The notes: generated by a model not told the origin, from the letters alone. Shown: positions 12,766-26,085, counted from the stretch's first letter. The stretch: DNA of 64,000 nucleotides from Vicugna vicugna (GCA_013265495.1 MU058153.1:498001-562000), one strand, 5' to 3'. Made by a program: numbers and translations.

Positions 12766-13879
12766 CCTTCTGCACAGCCTAAAAGCGGTGTTGTGTGTTG
12801 CCAGGGTGGTTACATTAGCTGGTGTGACTGACCCTCTCCAACTCCTTTTGCACAAACATCATCATCTGCCCAACGTAGCTAGAATGCCATTATCTTCCTT
12901 TGAGGCCATTCCTCTTCTCCCATCTCACCTCACCAAGGCCTTATTCACTTTCAGGGTCAGTTGGACTGCAAACACTAGGCAGCTAGGGAATAAGAGTCTT
13001 TTCAATACGCCACTGCAGTTGCTTTGCCGTTCTGCACAGGTGTCTTTCATAGCTGGTCCTGCTTATTCGATGCTCTGGCTGTGTTCTTGTTCTTTCCCTC
13101 GGGACCAAATGTGATGCCCAGAGAACCAGGACTTGTGGTTGACATTCACTTACTCACCATTGATCCCATAAAGTAAGAGCAAACCCACAGTGGTTTCTCA
13201 ACTCAGTTGCAAGTTGTGACAGTGCTAATCTTCTTTACCAAACTTACTGCCTTCCCCAATTTCCCATTCCATAATGGCACGTGACCCATTGGTGCATTTC
13301 TTCTCTTGCTTTTGAATTTTGCTCACAATTACTTGATCCTATCAAAAGTGTTCATGGCTTCAACCATCAAAGGATATGTCAGACTTCAGTTTCATTCCTC
13401 CAAGGAGACTCACTATGCTCTTTATAGATGGTTCACCTTCTCCCCAGAGGCCTTGATGCCAAGGATAGACGAGGCCTTTTGCTAAGTCATGTGCATCTCT
13501 ACTTTGTGGCCTTTTGGGAACTGCTCAGTTACATCTGCCTCCTCAACCAGACTTCAAGCTAGGATACTCAATGTACATCAATATCTGGTATAAAATAGGT
13601 AACTAAGTATTTGTGGAACGAAAGAAAAAAGGAAGAGATGAAGGCAAAAAAAATAAGAGAGAGAGAGAAATAACTCACACTGGCATTGCTCTTAGGGTGC
13701 TGGTTATAGTCTTTTCCAGAGAAGAATGTAACCAGCAAGGTTGACAGCTCTCCTAACCTTTGCATACCTATGAGGAGGTGCTTCCATGAGAAGGTAATTC
13801 AAAGTAATTCTTGTTCTGGTAATAATAATGGTAACAACAATGACCATGACTTCACTAGGCATTTCATTATTGTTAGGCA

Positions 13880-14700
13880 GAAAGCTGGAACTCCACGAGG
13901 GTGTTAGTCAACATCTGAAACTTACATGACCAAAAACAGTATCTCTTTTTTTCTTTTTTGCCCATCTGCTTGTTCTTCCCCAGTCCACTCAGATGCAGTA
14001 AATAGCACCATCATCTACTTAGTTGTTCGAACAAGAATGAGAGTTAACCTTAATCTCTTTTTCTCACCTCCCACTATCCAAACCATTAGCTAGTTCTCAG
14101 AGCTGACCTCAGAAACACAAAGTGGAAAGAAACATGCTTAAAAATGTTCAGATGGCTTCTACCAGACTTGGGGTTAAAACCAAACTCTTGACAACTGCCT
14201 ACGAAGCCCGCAGTCATCAGGCCATCGGCTTTCCTTCCGCTCTCCGTCCTCACTGCTTCCTTTCCTTTTCACTTGCTCCCGCCTCACTGGGCTTCCCGCT
14301 GCTCCTAAAGCACGTCAGTGGTCAGTGTCGTCATTGCCTTGGTCCTTCTTGTCACTCAGCTCTCGCTTGAAGGTCTCCCCTTCAGGGAACCCTAATTCAC
14401 CTTTCTAACCAACACGAGCAAAACAGTAACACTCCATTGCATAGTTCTCATTCTCTGTAAAGCAGCTGTCACTCTTGGATGCTTTTGGTCGTTGTCTATT
14501 TATTGACTTGTTAATTTTCAGTCTATTGGTGATAGAATCTAATCTCCATCAAAGAAGGAATCCCATATCTTTTACTCATTGCTGAGTCCCTGTATTCTAA
14601 AAGAGTGCCAGGCAAAAGGTAGATATTAAAAAGACAAACCAACAGCAACAACAAAAGAAGTGACAGAAAATCTCTACTGATTGAACAAATGAATGAACTT
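13880..14700 (+). mobile_element. L2 LINE 3' region (L2a/b-like)
   Basis: cagtaaatagcaccatcatctac, ccaaactcttgacaactgcctacgaagccc, ctaaaagagtgccaggcaaaaggtagatatt and terminal ttgaacaaatgaatgaa are collinear with the L2 3' end. Confidence 0.75.
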
Positions 14701-14767
14701 CAGGGTCTCTAAGACACCTCCAAAACTGAAAACAGAAGTCCTGGTTTCAAAAGGAGATCATAGAGAT

Positions 14768-15239
14768 GCAATAGGTAATCTCCAAAGATGGCCACCATCG
14801 ATCTCTTCCCTTCCTGTAGGCCTATAACACTTTTCAGTCCGAAGGTAAAATGTATTCCCTTTTCTTTCAATTCAGGCTGACCCTATATTTTTGCCTTTGA
14901 CCAAACAAATGCAGTAGAATTGATGTTCTGGGACTTTCAAGCTCAGTCTTAAGACTGGGAGCTTCTAATTGTCTCCTAGGCTAGATTATCACATGGCCAG
15001 ACACCACATGGAGAGAGGCCCAAGAGGATGATGGGCCATCGTGGATTTTCCAGCCCCAGCACTGCTCCCATCTGACTCTAGTAGTATGGGTTGCTCCAGT
15101 CAGCATAATGTGAAGCAAAGAACTTTCTGGATGAGCTCTGCCAGAAATCCTGACCCGCAGGACCTTGGGAAATCATTGTTGTTTTAAACCACTACATTTC
15201 TGTGTGGTTTGCTATGTAACAATAGATAGATAACTGAAC
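14768..15239 (+). mobile_element. MaLR LTR (MLT1H-like)
   Basis: aaagatggccacc near the start, ctttgaccaa..aatgcagtagaa, and 3' end tgttgttttaaaccacta...tttgctatgtaacaatagatagataactgaac. Confidence 0.8.
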
Positions 15240-17284
15240 CTTTGAGCCAGTATGAAAACATAAAGCAGGAAGAGGTTAGGAGCACAGGCAGCAAGCAGGG
15301 ATATAACTCTTGCCTAGTCACAGTGTCTTTGCAAACACAGTGCGGACTGCACAGACCGCCAAAGCAAACACGAACCTGGGCTGTCCATCGCTGTCAGTTT
15401 GCTGCCAGGGTCCTAAAAAATAAGACTGTGTTGGGGACCATTTGCATAGTGATGTTCTGGCACAGAACTGAGCTGGTGGGGTGAGTTCCAGGTGTGGACA
15501 GTGTTAACTCCAGAAAACAGCCAGCAGGTATTAGGTTCAGTTTTCAGTTTGAATTCAGGATGCCAAGGCAGGATGCAGCCTGAGAAGTCACCAGGGTCAC
15601 GAGGCATCAAAAGCTACAGTTTATGTTAGGCACCGGAGAACAAAATGTGAAAAAAGAAGTCAACAGAGTTAAGAGACGGGGATCTGGGAAGAAGCCACTA
15701 GAGTGTTCTGACTGCGTTCTGTGATAGTACTGTCTTCATTGACTGATTCCTATAAAACGATCCTGAAGGAACCATCTGGAGTTTGGCCCTTGCCATGTAA
15801 GGTACACATTTCCCCCAAAGTGACCCCAGTTTCCCAAATTATGGAGCCAGAAATATATATATATTTATATAGTTTCAAACGATCTTTAGTTTTAGAATAA
15901 TATTTTCAATTCAGAAGCTTTTTAAAAAAATGTGATCACCTTTTTTGAAGGCTTGGAAAGCTGGAGAATGAAAGGAAATCGGGTTCTACCTAAAAGACAG
16001 TCTCTTCCTTACCCACCTTCTCATTCAGGGAACAGCGGCTTCAAATCCAGTTACTATTCTTTCTAGATTGATCTTCTTGTCAGCAGCACGTCACCCCTCC
16101 TGAAAGCTCCGCTCCCCCACTTATTAAATTGGAGTCAAAATCCCTTCATCAGAATGCTAGAATGTAAATCAAATAATTAGTGATTTGTTAAACACTTTGA
16201 AAGTGAAAACGCTAAGTATTGTTATTATTTCAAGGGTAATTTACTTCTTCTGATTCATTTGTAATTATTTCATCAAAACATTGTTCAGTAAGAGCTGTTT
16301 GATGTGTAAAATGCCTTATGGGCCTTCCCTATAAGACTTTTGTTATCAAAATTAGATGGAGACCTTGCCAACTGGAACTCATTTTCTCCCAAAAGGTTTG
16401 CAATAGTGTAAGTCTCAAATCACCCCCTTATGGGCCAGAGCCTGTTGGAAAATGAACAAATCCCAGAGCAGTGATTCATCTCTGAATCTGTCTATAAAGG
16501 TTCCTTACCAGAAAATCGAATGTGGACCAGAGCCTGGACCAGAGCCAGGCCCACGTAGCAACTGGGAACCTGATCAGATTTGGTTTTGGCCCTTTTCCCT
16601 GACCTTTGCACCGTTCTGAGAACTCCTGCTTCCTCAGTTTCAGATGCTGACTCAATCTTTCTGAAATTTACATATAGCTATATGTCACATTAGACAGTTG
16701 ATCTTACACAACGAGCCCTTTAATGAAATTAATCATGATGACCTCTGAATGGTATATTTTTCAGAGTTTTTAAAGTACTCCTTAGAGCAGAGGGCTGGAA
16801 TAGTTAATCCCGGATAATCATGAGTCATAACGTGAAACTGCTAACGATAAGTGAGAACTATCCTTGAAGTCTATCCTTCTATTTAAAAAAAATCATGGAA
16901 AAGTTGATTTTTCTCTACACTATATTCTTATTTACTTCAGTATAAAATTAATGCTTACAACTATTTAATGTTTAGATTACATAATTTCTTCCCATTTCCA
17001 CCCTCAGTTCCTGGTTTTAGAATATCCATCGTATTTGGCTCATGTTTTATAACTCTTCAAACGTCTTTCAGACATACCAATACCCCAGTAAACTCAGATT
17101 TGTATCTTCTCTCAACCCCCCTGTTTGGTTTTGCTTCTAGATACCCCACCTTGGTACATGATCATTGCTTCAAACAAGCCACAAACTAACTGGAGTCGGC
17201 CTGAACTCTGCCCTTAACCCTCATGCCAATATCCAATGATTTTTACCTTATTTTAAATCAATTCCCTTAAAAAACACTTACTGT

Positions 17285-17880
17285 TCTGTATTACTTAAGG
17301 TACTGACAGCCGTAAGAAAAGAAAACTCAACCCAAATTGCACTAAGTATAACTGGAATCTTAGGGGCTCAAATAAATGAAAAATCTGGAAGTGATCAGGG
17401 TATCAGTTGAGGTATGTTAGGGTAGCTTACTGATATTGTCAATGCCTAGCTTAGGTACTTTCTCTGTACTTTCTCCTTGCATGATGTTCTTTTATTTTCA
17501 GTTGGTCTCCTCCCTTGTTATAAGTTGGCCTGCTTCAGCATGTAGGGCTATGTGGTTCCATATTTTCATCCTGCAGGAAGGGCATCATTCCTCATAGCTC
17601 TCTGAAAAAAAATGATGGAAGTTTTCTTTCCTCCATCCAAAAAAGATATCCCAGCAAACAACTTCTTCTATGGCCCAACTTGTATCGCATGACTATTTCC
17701 AAACTAGTCACTGATATCCTGATTGGCTTCAGTTAGTTACATCCTACCTGGAACTGACATGGGCATCAATCCTGTATGACTGGCTATATATGGAGATGGC
17801 AACCTCACTGTCGCCCACCACTTTTTAAAAAATACGGTTATCACAAAGGATGGGGGGTGGCAGTTGGGTGGCAAAGTCTA
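17285..17880 (-). mobile_element. MaLR LTR remnant (MLT1K-like)
   Basis: aaaactcaacccaaattg, tggcccaacttgtatcgcatgac, ctgattggctt in reverse MLT1K order. Confidence 0.6.
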
Positions 17881-18919
17881 TGCTGACCTATGGTTGCTGA
17901 TTTAGTTTGGGCATTTGTTATCTGCATGGAATACTTGAGAGTTTTGGAAGTTACTTTGCTGTCCAGTATCCATTTCCCTTTTTCTCACCTGAACTTGCTG
18001 CCTCTGATTCATTCTGCAACCATCTATTCTCCGTGCTGTCCCCAGAATAGACTTTCCGAGACACCGTTACTTTTACATGGCTTCTGTGGTTAAAACCATT
18101 AGGTGACGCCCCGTCATTCATAAAGAGAGACTTTAAAGACGACTGTACGGATTCAACCCGAAACCTCTGCTGTCATCCACTCTAATATTTTTGATATGGC
18201 TTTGTTTGAAGGAAAAGGGGTAAAGATAAAGAAAGGTTTAAAAACCAGTGAGCAACAGAGTACAGTTCAAGTGCTTCAGCTTGAGCTTCCGTGATCTGGA
18301 CCTCTGCTCCTTTCTAACTTGGCTCCCCTCTCCACCCCTCCCATTTTTTATACACCAGTACTAGCTAATTACCTGGGGGGTCTCCAAATAATCTGTTACC
18401 TCCACCTAGCTTTCCTTTCCTCCAGCAGCCCTAACTACTCTGCCTAAAATCTATGTGTTGTTTCTTTAAAATCCGTCTTGGCCATTGCTACCCGAAGCCC
18501 AGTGTTGGTTACTACTGTTCATTATCATCACACTGATTTGTGAACTATTAATAGACAGGGATTGTTATTATTATTATATTTACACCCACAACATTTAGTA
18601 TGTCTTCTGGCATTTAAAACCTGTTAAGTAGAAATAAATAGAAATGAAGGTAATTGCAGTGATGCAACCAGGCCCACAGCACAGCGTAGCAAACAGGCTT
18701 TGTAATCACTCACCCATGCGTGGGCTTTCGTTCCAGCAATGCTAGCTGCTCAGTGGATCACTGCTGACACATCATTTATTTTTTTTGAGACTCAGTTGTC
18801 GTTTTTCCGTTTGTTTTAGGGTTTGTTATTCATTTGTCAAAGGGGGAAAATATCTCCTTGAGAAAGTTGGTATGAGCATAAATTAGAACAGTGGCATGGG
18901 TTTGTTTTATGTCGTGTGG

Positions 18920-19470
18920 AATTACTGGTTAAGGTGATTGAGCTGTGATTAATAGAAAACAGGAAAATTCCTTCCAAACAAGAAATTATTATATCATGAT
19001 GGGTTGGGCAGGGGTAGAGTAGTTCTTGGTTTGATAATTCAGTGGATCGATGGCATCATCCAGGATGCACGTCTTTCTTTTTGCCCTGCCATTTCCAGTG
19101 TTTTTTTGACTTTGACCTAAAGTGCGGGCGTTCACAGCTACAAGCTGGCTGCAGTAAACCCCAGCATCACCGCCCCACATGGCTGTTTACTCACGTGCAT
19201 CTCTTTTTGAAAATGAGGAAACGTCTTACAAGATGTGTTCCTGACAGATCTCCCCACACTTCTCATGATGATAACCGTGCCACAAGGCCATTCCTAAGCC
19301 AGTTACTGGCGGAAATGTGGGTTACCATAGCTGGCTCGGGTCAGCCAGGATTTGCCTGTGGAGCTCAGAAGAGCCTCCGCTGGAGACAGTGGCCACCAGT
19401 TACCTGGACAAAATCAGAATCTGCTTAGTGTGGGAGAAGCAGGGTAATGGCAGTAGGACAGACAGCTCCT
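18920..19470 (-). mobile_element. MaLR LTR remnant (MLT1K/L-like)
   Basis: aagctggctgcagtaaaccccagcatcac, cattcctaagccagttactggc, acctggacaaaatcagaatctgc. Confidence 0.7.
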
Positions 19471-20401
19471 CATGACCTCTTCCTTCAGCTTTGTGGTCAT
19501 TTCTCTGATCGCTCACTAGGGAAGAGACGAATCCACCTTCTCATATAGGCAGTTTTCTCCTTTTCCCTGACTCTTTCTCTCTGTTGATTTCATGATCTTC
19601 CCTTAAGTTTCCCTGTGAGGTCATATAATTTAGGATATTTATTTCTTGAGTAACATGATGTAAAGAGGGACGAGAATCTCCTGCATAGCAGGCCAGTCAT
19701 GCCTCACTCTGCTTCTGCCTTACACCCTTGAACTCCTCCCCGCTTAATTAAATCTGCAGGAGGACAGCATCACTGCAAGTCAGTTCAGCTTCCTGGATCG
19801 ACCATGGTGCTGATTCCACATTCATAATTAATTCTCCTCAGTGTTAAGAGTGGAGACTTGGCTGATTAAGGATTCTCGGTGGATTATTGCAGATGTTTGA
19901 ATTGCTGAAACAACGGGCAGCTATGCAGTGTCTTTTTGATCTACATAAACGTGGGATGTGGAAGAAGAAAAGAGGCATTTTTCTTTCCCCTCCAGAAATC
20001 TCACTTGACATTTTGCAAGGGACATTTATTAGAATGTCAGTTTGATAAAACTGTTTGCAGGAGTCACCCAGCATTTGCTACTGAGCTATAACAATTGTTA
20101 AGAGCTGTAATTACTCTGGGCAGGTTTAAAGAAAAAAAATGTTATCAGAAGATTGGGGCAAAATACCTTCGAGCAAGTAGCTATGCTTCTTCCAGCTTCC
20201 TGTTGAATTACAGTCTCTGATACACTCGTGCTGAACCTGAACTCTGGGTTAGAAGCAATATTACCAGCGGTTGTCATGGCAGATGGGAACGTAGTAGTGT
20301 GTATCAGAGAGATGATTGGTACTGGGCTGCAGAGGTGTCTTCAGATATAGAAGATATAAAGCCTAGGGTTGGGATTTTATATGTAGATAACATTACATTA
20401 A

Positions 20402-20680
20402 GTGATGATTATGATGATGATGATGATGATAACGATGACTAATGATAGCAAACGCTTGTATTGAACTCCCTATGAACCACTCCCTGCTCTAAGAGCGTTC
20501 CGTACAGGGGCTCATTACATCGTTCTAATCTTATGGACCAGGGAGTGTTATTACCTCTAGTCTGCTGGTGAGGAGACCGGCACAGAGAGACAAAGGAACT
20601 TGCACAAAGCCACACTGACATTTGAACCCTAAGAGATTCCAGGACTCCATTCATAGCTATGACACTGTGTCATCTCCTGA
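20402..20680 (-). mobile_element. MIR SINE with (GAT)n-expanded tail
   Basis: (gat)n then gatagcaaacgcttgtattga...gaggagaccggcacagagagacaaaggaacttgcacaaagccacac...tttgaaccc. Confidence 0.75.
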
Positions 20681-21814
20681 TACAGCCCAGACATTCGTGC
20701 ACTCCCTAGTATGACTGGGAGGACGCCTGTACTTCGGTTTCCTCATCTGCTGAGTACTTGTAGCAAAAAGGCTGACGTTCATTGGGCGCTTACGATGTGC
20801 TGGGCATTATTAAGGGTTTGTTATGTCTTAGGGACCTTACTGGGCATAATTATTAAGTCTTTAGAGTGTCACTTAATTTCGGAAACTGAGGAAGAGAAAT
20901 TTAAATTACTGACTTGTCATTAATAAGGCCAAGATTAAAACCAATAAATCAGACTATGGAGCCTGGATTTGAATGCTGCCTATCTCGCTGGATAATGATA
21001 AAATAACGTAATATATATTTTATACACACACACAGACACACACACACATTTTTGATAAGACAAAAGAATCAAGTAAATTAAGAAGTACGTATACTTTGTT
21101 TGAGGAAAGCAAATACGCTATTAGCAACATGCTTTTTTCTTTCCTTTGTTTGTCCCTTCATTCATTGAAAGTCATTCCTTTACATGATTTTTTGTGTGCA
21201 GCATCTCTACCAGATACTTTTTGTAGGAAGGTAAAAATGACATAGTCTTTCCTCTCCAAAAGCCTCACAGTTGAGAGGAAAAAACAGTCATAGACTCACA
21301 CGAGTTACAACCCAGTGGCCACTGAGAGCACCAAGATCTGTCACCCCCTCAGAGGTCTTTCAGGGGGGGCTCCCTGGGTCACGTTTCTCCTCTGTTTGCG
21401 GCCTGGGGAGGAGTGGAGGCCGTGTCGCCCCTAGACCTCGTTAGAGAACCATGTCGACATCCCAGAGAGGATGCCTGTGGAGCACTTGGAAGATTTTAAG
21501 AGAAGTTGCTTCATTACTGTTTCAAGGTTCTATTATCCCAAAATGCCACCTCAAAAACTATCAAAGGCTGATCTTCAGAAATTCAGAACTTCTCCGTGCA
21601 CAAAGCAGGATGGCCCCTGAGTGGGGAGAACAGTTCTGCAGCATTGAAGGCTGACAGCATTGTTGACCTCCCACATCTTTTGTTTGAAGCTGAATCCCTG
21701 TCAGGTACAAAGGTGCTGTGTTATTTTCATTTCTTTCGTGGCGACTGAAGGAGAGTCTCATTTAGAGCACTTCACGATAGGCGGGGTTTTATAAGGGTAC
21801 AGAAGGACTGGGGC

Positions 21815-22045
21815 CACAGTAGAGTGTGGCGGTTGGGAACGTCGGCTCTGAAGCCCTAAGGCTTTGGTGTTAGCCTTGAAATTTGCATGAGTTACTTTAT
21901 CTCTGTGTCTCAGTTTTCAGCTGTGTTAAGTGAGAAATAATAACAGAAATGAGCTCGTGGAGAGTTCTGTGCTGATTACATGAGCAAGTGCTGGATGAGG
22001 TACTAACCCTAAGTCCTCAAGAAGAGGTGGCTTTTATTATTGCCA
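21815..22045 (+). mobile_element. MIR SINE
   Basis: gagttactttatctctgtgtctcagttttcagctgtgttaagtgagaaataataacag...ttattatt. Confidence 0.75.
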
Positions 22046-22376
22046 TCAGGAGTTTGAAGCTCTTGGCATTAGTTAACCTCTGGCTCCCTCTGCCCCTCAT
22101 GACATTTCTGATTCCCCCTGTGCATTTCCGCCTAGCCATTTGTCTAGTGACTCATCATTTTAGTATTGACGTGGGCCCGCACAGTCTCAGCTCTGTCTTG
22201 TGCTTCCTTCCGCTTCCAGCTTTCATTGCCAGGGGCACCAGTCTCTCCGTGCTCCTTAGTCTGAATTTCCAAGGCAGAGAATCTCCTGGTTTGGGGAAGG
22301 GCATTTATCTTTGGGCATAACAGGCATTGTGGGTCTGGTATCTACGTTTGGTCCAGTTGGCTGTGTCATGGGTAGA

Positions 22377-22751
22377 CGTCTTAGTCCATTCAGGATGCTC
22401 TGATAAAATCCCACGGACTGTAAGCCTCATAAAACAGCACACCTAGATTCCTCACTGTCCTGGAGGCTGGACGTCTGAGATCAGCACAGTGGGGTTCTGG
22501 GCTGGACGTCTGATATCAGCACAGTGGGGTTCTGGGCTGCCGTCTGCTGACTTCTTGCTGTGTCCTTATGTGGGGGAAGAGTGTAGGGCGTTTTATGGGG
22601 TCTGTTTTATAAAAACACGAATCCCACTCATGAGAGCCCCATCCTCATGACCTCAGCATCTCACAAAGACCCTGCCTTCTAATAGCACCCCCCAGGGATT
22701 AGGATTGTAACATAGCATTTGGGTGGGGGGACAAATACGCAGACCATAGCA
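22377..22751 (-). mobile_element. MLT1A-like solo LTR containing a 35-bp tandem duplication; an older MLT1K-like remnant lies immediately left (about 22200-22375)
   Basis: Ends gtcttagtccattcagg and cagaccatagca; internal aatcccactcatgagagccccatcctcatgacct. Confidence 0.85.
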
Positions 22752-24286
22752 GTTGGAGTTACTGCGACCTGCTTGTTCATCAAGGGATCTGTGGGTCAGT
22801 GTCCCTCGGAGAAGAACATTCTGAGGAATGACCTGCTTAATGCAAACAGAATCAAGTGGAAAGTGGAGAATGAGGCCAGGAAGTCTTGCTCAGTAATGTT
22901 ATACAGTGAAGTTGTTGTTCCACCTGTATCTTCCTCATTTTGTAAATACAACTCCTCAATTTTCTGCCTTCAGGCCAGGACTGGTTCATCTCTGTACCTC
23001 CTGAACCAAGTGTAACAGTGGACATACTGGGTTTTTAAACACTTATTATATACTTACTAAATATTTAATAAGTGAATTAATAAATATCAAGTATCTTCTT
23101 TATTTTCATCTGTGAAGTTAATATTTAAAATTAATACACTACTTACAACTAAATTATTCCAATAATTTAATTTTAAACTGTATATTATGACCTTAATGTA
23201 TATTATACAGTTTAATTTTCTCAGTTACCCCATAAAATAAAAATTTTTGTCCCCATTTAACATATGAGAAAACTGAGCTCTTAGAAAGTAAGTTCACTGG
23301 ACCCATATAGGTATTAAGCAGTAAAGTGGGCATTTAAAACCATGTTTGTTTTATTTCAAAGCTTCTTTTTTCACCCTATATTATCATATGACTGATATTT
23401 TATGTTGTTAATTTTTGGCCCACTGCTCTGTCAGGATATTTTTGAGTGTTTATTTTAACATTCACCTTGTCATCTAACTCCGCATCTTTTTGTCATGGAC
23501 AAATTCACAGGGAATGCATTCTGTTTAATATCACAAGGCCAAGTATAGAACCCAGTGACTCAATTCAGGTAGTGACCAGTCCACTTAGCGGTACTGTCAG
23601 TCAGCGCACAGATCTTCACCTTGACCCGAAGAAGGTCATGGGAGATTCTGTACCAAGTTCACCCTTGTACACGAATTCCACTTCCCTGTAGCCATCTTCC
23701 AGGCCAGACTTGTCTCTATGGTGCATTTGTTCCTCAACATCCCATTTTAAATGGAGGTTCAATATTTCTTATCAGTGGCTGATTTCACAAGGAGAGAAAT
23801 ATTAGGAAAAATTTTTTTTGAAAAAAAAAGTTCTCATCATTGGAAATTTTGCATTCTCTCACTGCCTCTGATTATAATATATACATTGAGAACTTGGGTC
23901 TGTTGGAGAGAGAGCAGAAGGAAGGTCCTAATTGGAAATTCATGCCCCATTGTTGCAGGCGTACACATCTTTCCCCATTGGAAAGGTGCCAGACTCACTG
24001 GACCCAGATGCTAATGCCACGTAGTAGCAAGTCAGAACTGAGGGAACTATGTTCTGAGGCTGATTTGTGATTTATTACAGTGGTGGGAAACATGAATGCC
24101 AGGTCCTAAAACAGTATTACTGACCAGGTGGTTTTTGGATGAGGGCAGTTTTCGCCCATTTAAGCATGTCTTAACTTTACAAAGAATGTTATGAATTGGG
24201 TTAACATGTGGAGACAGAATAATGACAAATCTTATTTTATAGACTGTAAAGACGGGATGATCTTAAGTTAAATCATAGATGGTCTA

Positions 24287-24475
24287 TCAGTGGATTGTAA
24301 CATTTTGAAAGTCATGATAACATCACAAAAACCTTGAGAATTTAATGCAAGCAATAAGTCTCTTCCTAGAAGTTAAATAAACACACACACTCACAATCAG
24401 AGTAATATTTAATTTCAAAGTGTTCAAGAGCTAATGAAACCTCCTCTTGGAAACCAGGTCTTAGGTCAAATACCA
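24287..24475. mobile_element. MER117-like hAT remnant
   Basis: ccttgagaatttaatgcaagcaataagtctcttcctagaa...aatttcaaagtgttca resembles the recalled MER117 consensus. Confidence 0.4.
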
Positions 24476-24897
24476 TTTAAGGAAAGGTAAAAAGTTGAAT
24501 TCCTCCCTAACGTTAGTAGGATTAAATAAATTATAGGACTGTGTAGTGTAATACAAAAATAAATATCATAGAATTCTTAGTTGATTTGAGTCTCTGGGAA
24601 TCACTGTTCATGTTCAAAACAGCTACAAAATTGTGCGTGTGTGTGTTTTCAGATTTTGTTACTCAACAGTAGGTCGGGAAGATCCACGTGCTTCCCCACA
24701 TTTCTGAAGAAGTTAATTTTGGGGTCTCAGGGGAGCACAGATCAGATTCCAGATATACCTACGTAAATCTGGTAATTCTAGGGTCAGGTGCGTTTTTTAA
24801 AATGGCAACATTAGATTTTCAACCTTGATTAAAACAATGATCAAGCTGAGATTAAGCAGAGGGGAACATTTAAACTATTCAGATAATTATTTTCTAA

Positions 24898-25115
24898 ATT
24901 TTTTTATTGAAGTATAGTCAGTTTACAATATTGTGTCAATTTCTGGTGTACAGCATAATGTCCCAGTCATGCATATATAAATACACACACACACACACAC
25001 ACACACACATTTGTTTTCATATGCTTTTTCATTATTGGTTACTACAAGGTATTGGCCAATAATTCCCAGTGCTATGCAATAGTAACTTGTTTAGCTATTT
25101 TATATATGGTAGTAG
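24898..25115 (-). mobile_element. Artiodactyl/camelid L1 3' end, 5'-truncated, with internal (CA)n
   Basis: tttttattgaagtatagtcagtttacaatattgtgtcaatttctggtgtacagcataat; similar copies at 55604-56112; flanks agataattattttctaa and agataattttctaa resemble a TSD. Confidence 0.85.
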
Positions 25116-25344
25116 TTGTGTGTATATATATATGTACCTATATATAGTAGATAATTTTCTAATAGAGTATAAGTAAGAGCTGTGATGTAGCAAGTTTTTG
25201 TTGAGAAGATACACAGTGGATAGAGGTGCCATAGCAGAGGAAAAGGAATGGCAGGGATTAAGCTACATCAGTATATACAGTGTATATAAAATGGGCATTT
25301 GGGCAAATGCCCAATTTCTTTTAGGCAAATTAAAAAAATATATT

Positions 25345-26085
25345 TGGGAGAGCTGGGGAGAGGAAATGAGTGAAGATAGTCAAAAGGTGAAAAAAACCTT
25401 CCAGTTATAAGAGATAGATTCTGGAAAGGTAATGTACAGCATGGTGGCTGTAGTTAAAAATACTGTATATTAAGTGAAGTAAGTCAGACAAAGAAATAAC
25501 CTATGATATCACTTATATGTGGAATCTTAAAAAAAAAGAAAAGGAAAACTACAAATTTTATTTACAAGCCAGAAATAGACCCAAGGACACAGAAAACAAA
25601 CTGTGGTTACCAGATGGGAAATGGGGGGGAGGGATAGATTAGGAGTTTGGGACTGATGGGTACACATTACTGTATGTGAGGTGGATAAGAAGCCAGGACC
25701 TACTGTATAGCACAGGGAACTATATTCAGTTTCTTGTAATGAGCTTTAATGGAAAAGAAACTGAAAATATATAGATGTGTGTATGTATGTATATAACTGA
25801 ATTGCTTTGCTGTACACCTGAAACTAACATTGTAAATCAACTACACTTCAGTTAAAAATAAGAATAATAAAAAATTGTATATTTAAAAGTTGCTAAGAGA
25901 CTATAAGTAAATCTTAGAAGTTCTCATCACAAGAAGGAAAATGTGCAACTACATGAGGTTGATGTTAACTAAACTTATTGTGGCAAATAAATTGTATGTA
26001 TCAAATCATTAGGCTGTACACCTTGAACTAACACAATGTTGTATGCCAATTTTATCTTAATAAAACTGCAAAAAAAGGGAAAAAA
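25345..26085 (+). mobile_element. L1MA9-like 3' UTR split by a younger L1
   Basis: ccagttataag...taatgtacagcatggtg...aatactgtat resumes after the insert as tgtatatttaaaagttgctaagaga...ttctcatcacaag...tcttaataaaactg. Confidence 0.8.
25471..25875 (+). mobile_element. Nested artiodactyl L1 (L1_Art-like) 3' end
   Basis: taagtgaagtaagtcagaca...ggacctactgtatagcacagggaactatattc...gctgtacacctgaaactaacattgtaaatcaacta plus A-rich tail. Confidence 0.85.

Noticed and set aside
19796..19816. REST/RE1-like site (tcagcaccatggtcga on the - strand); also gctgtccgtttgctg near 50437
   Set aside because: The first has a degenerate right half and the second has the wrong spacer length
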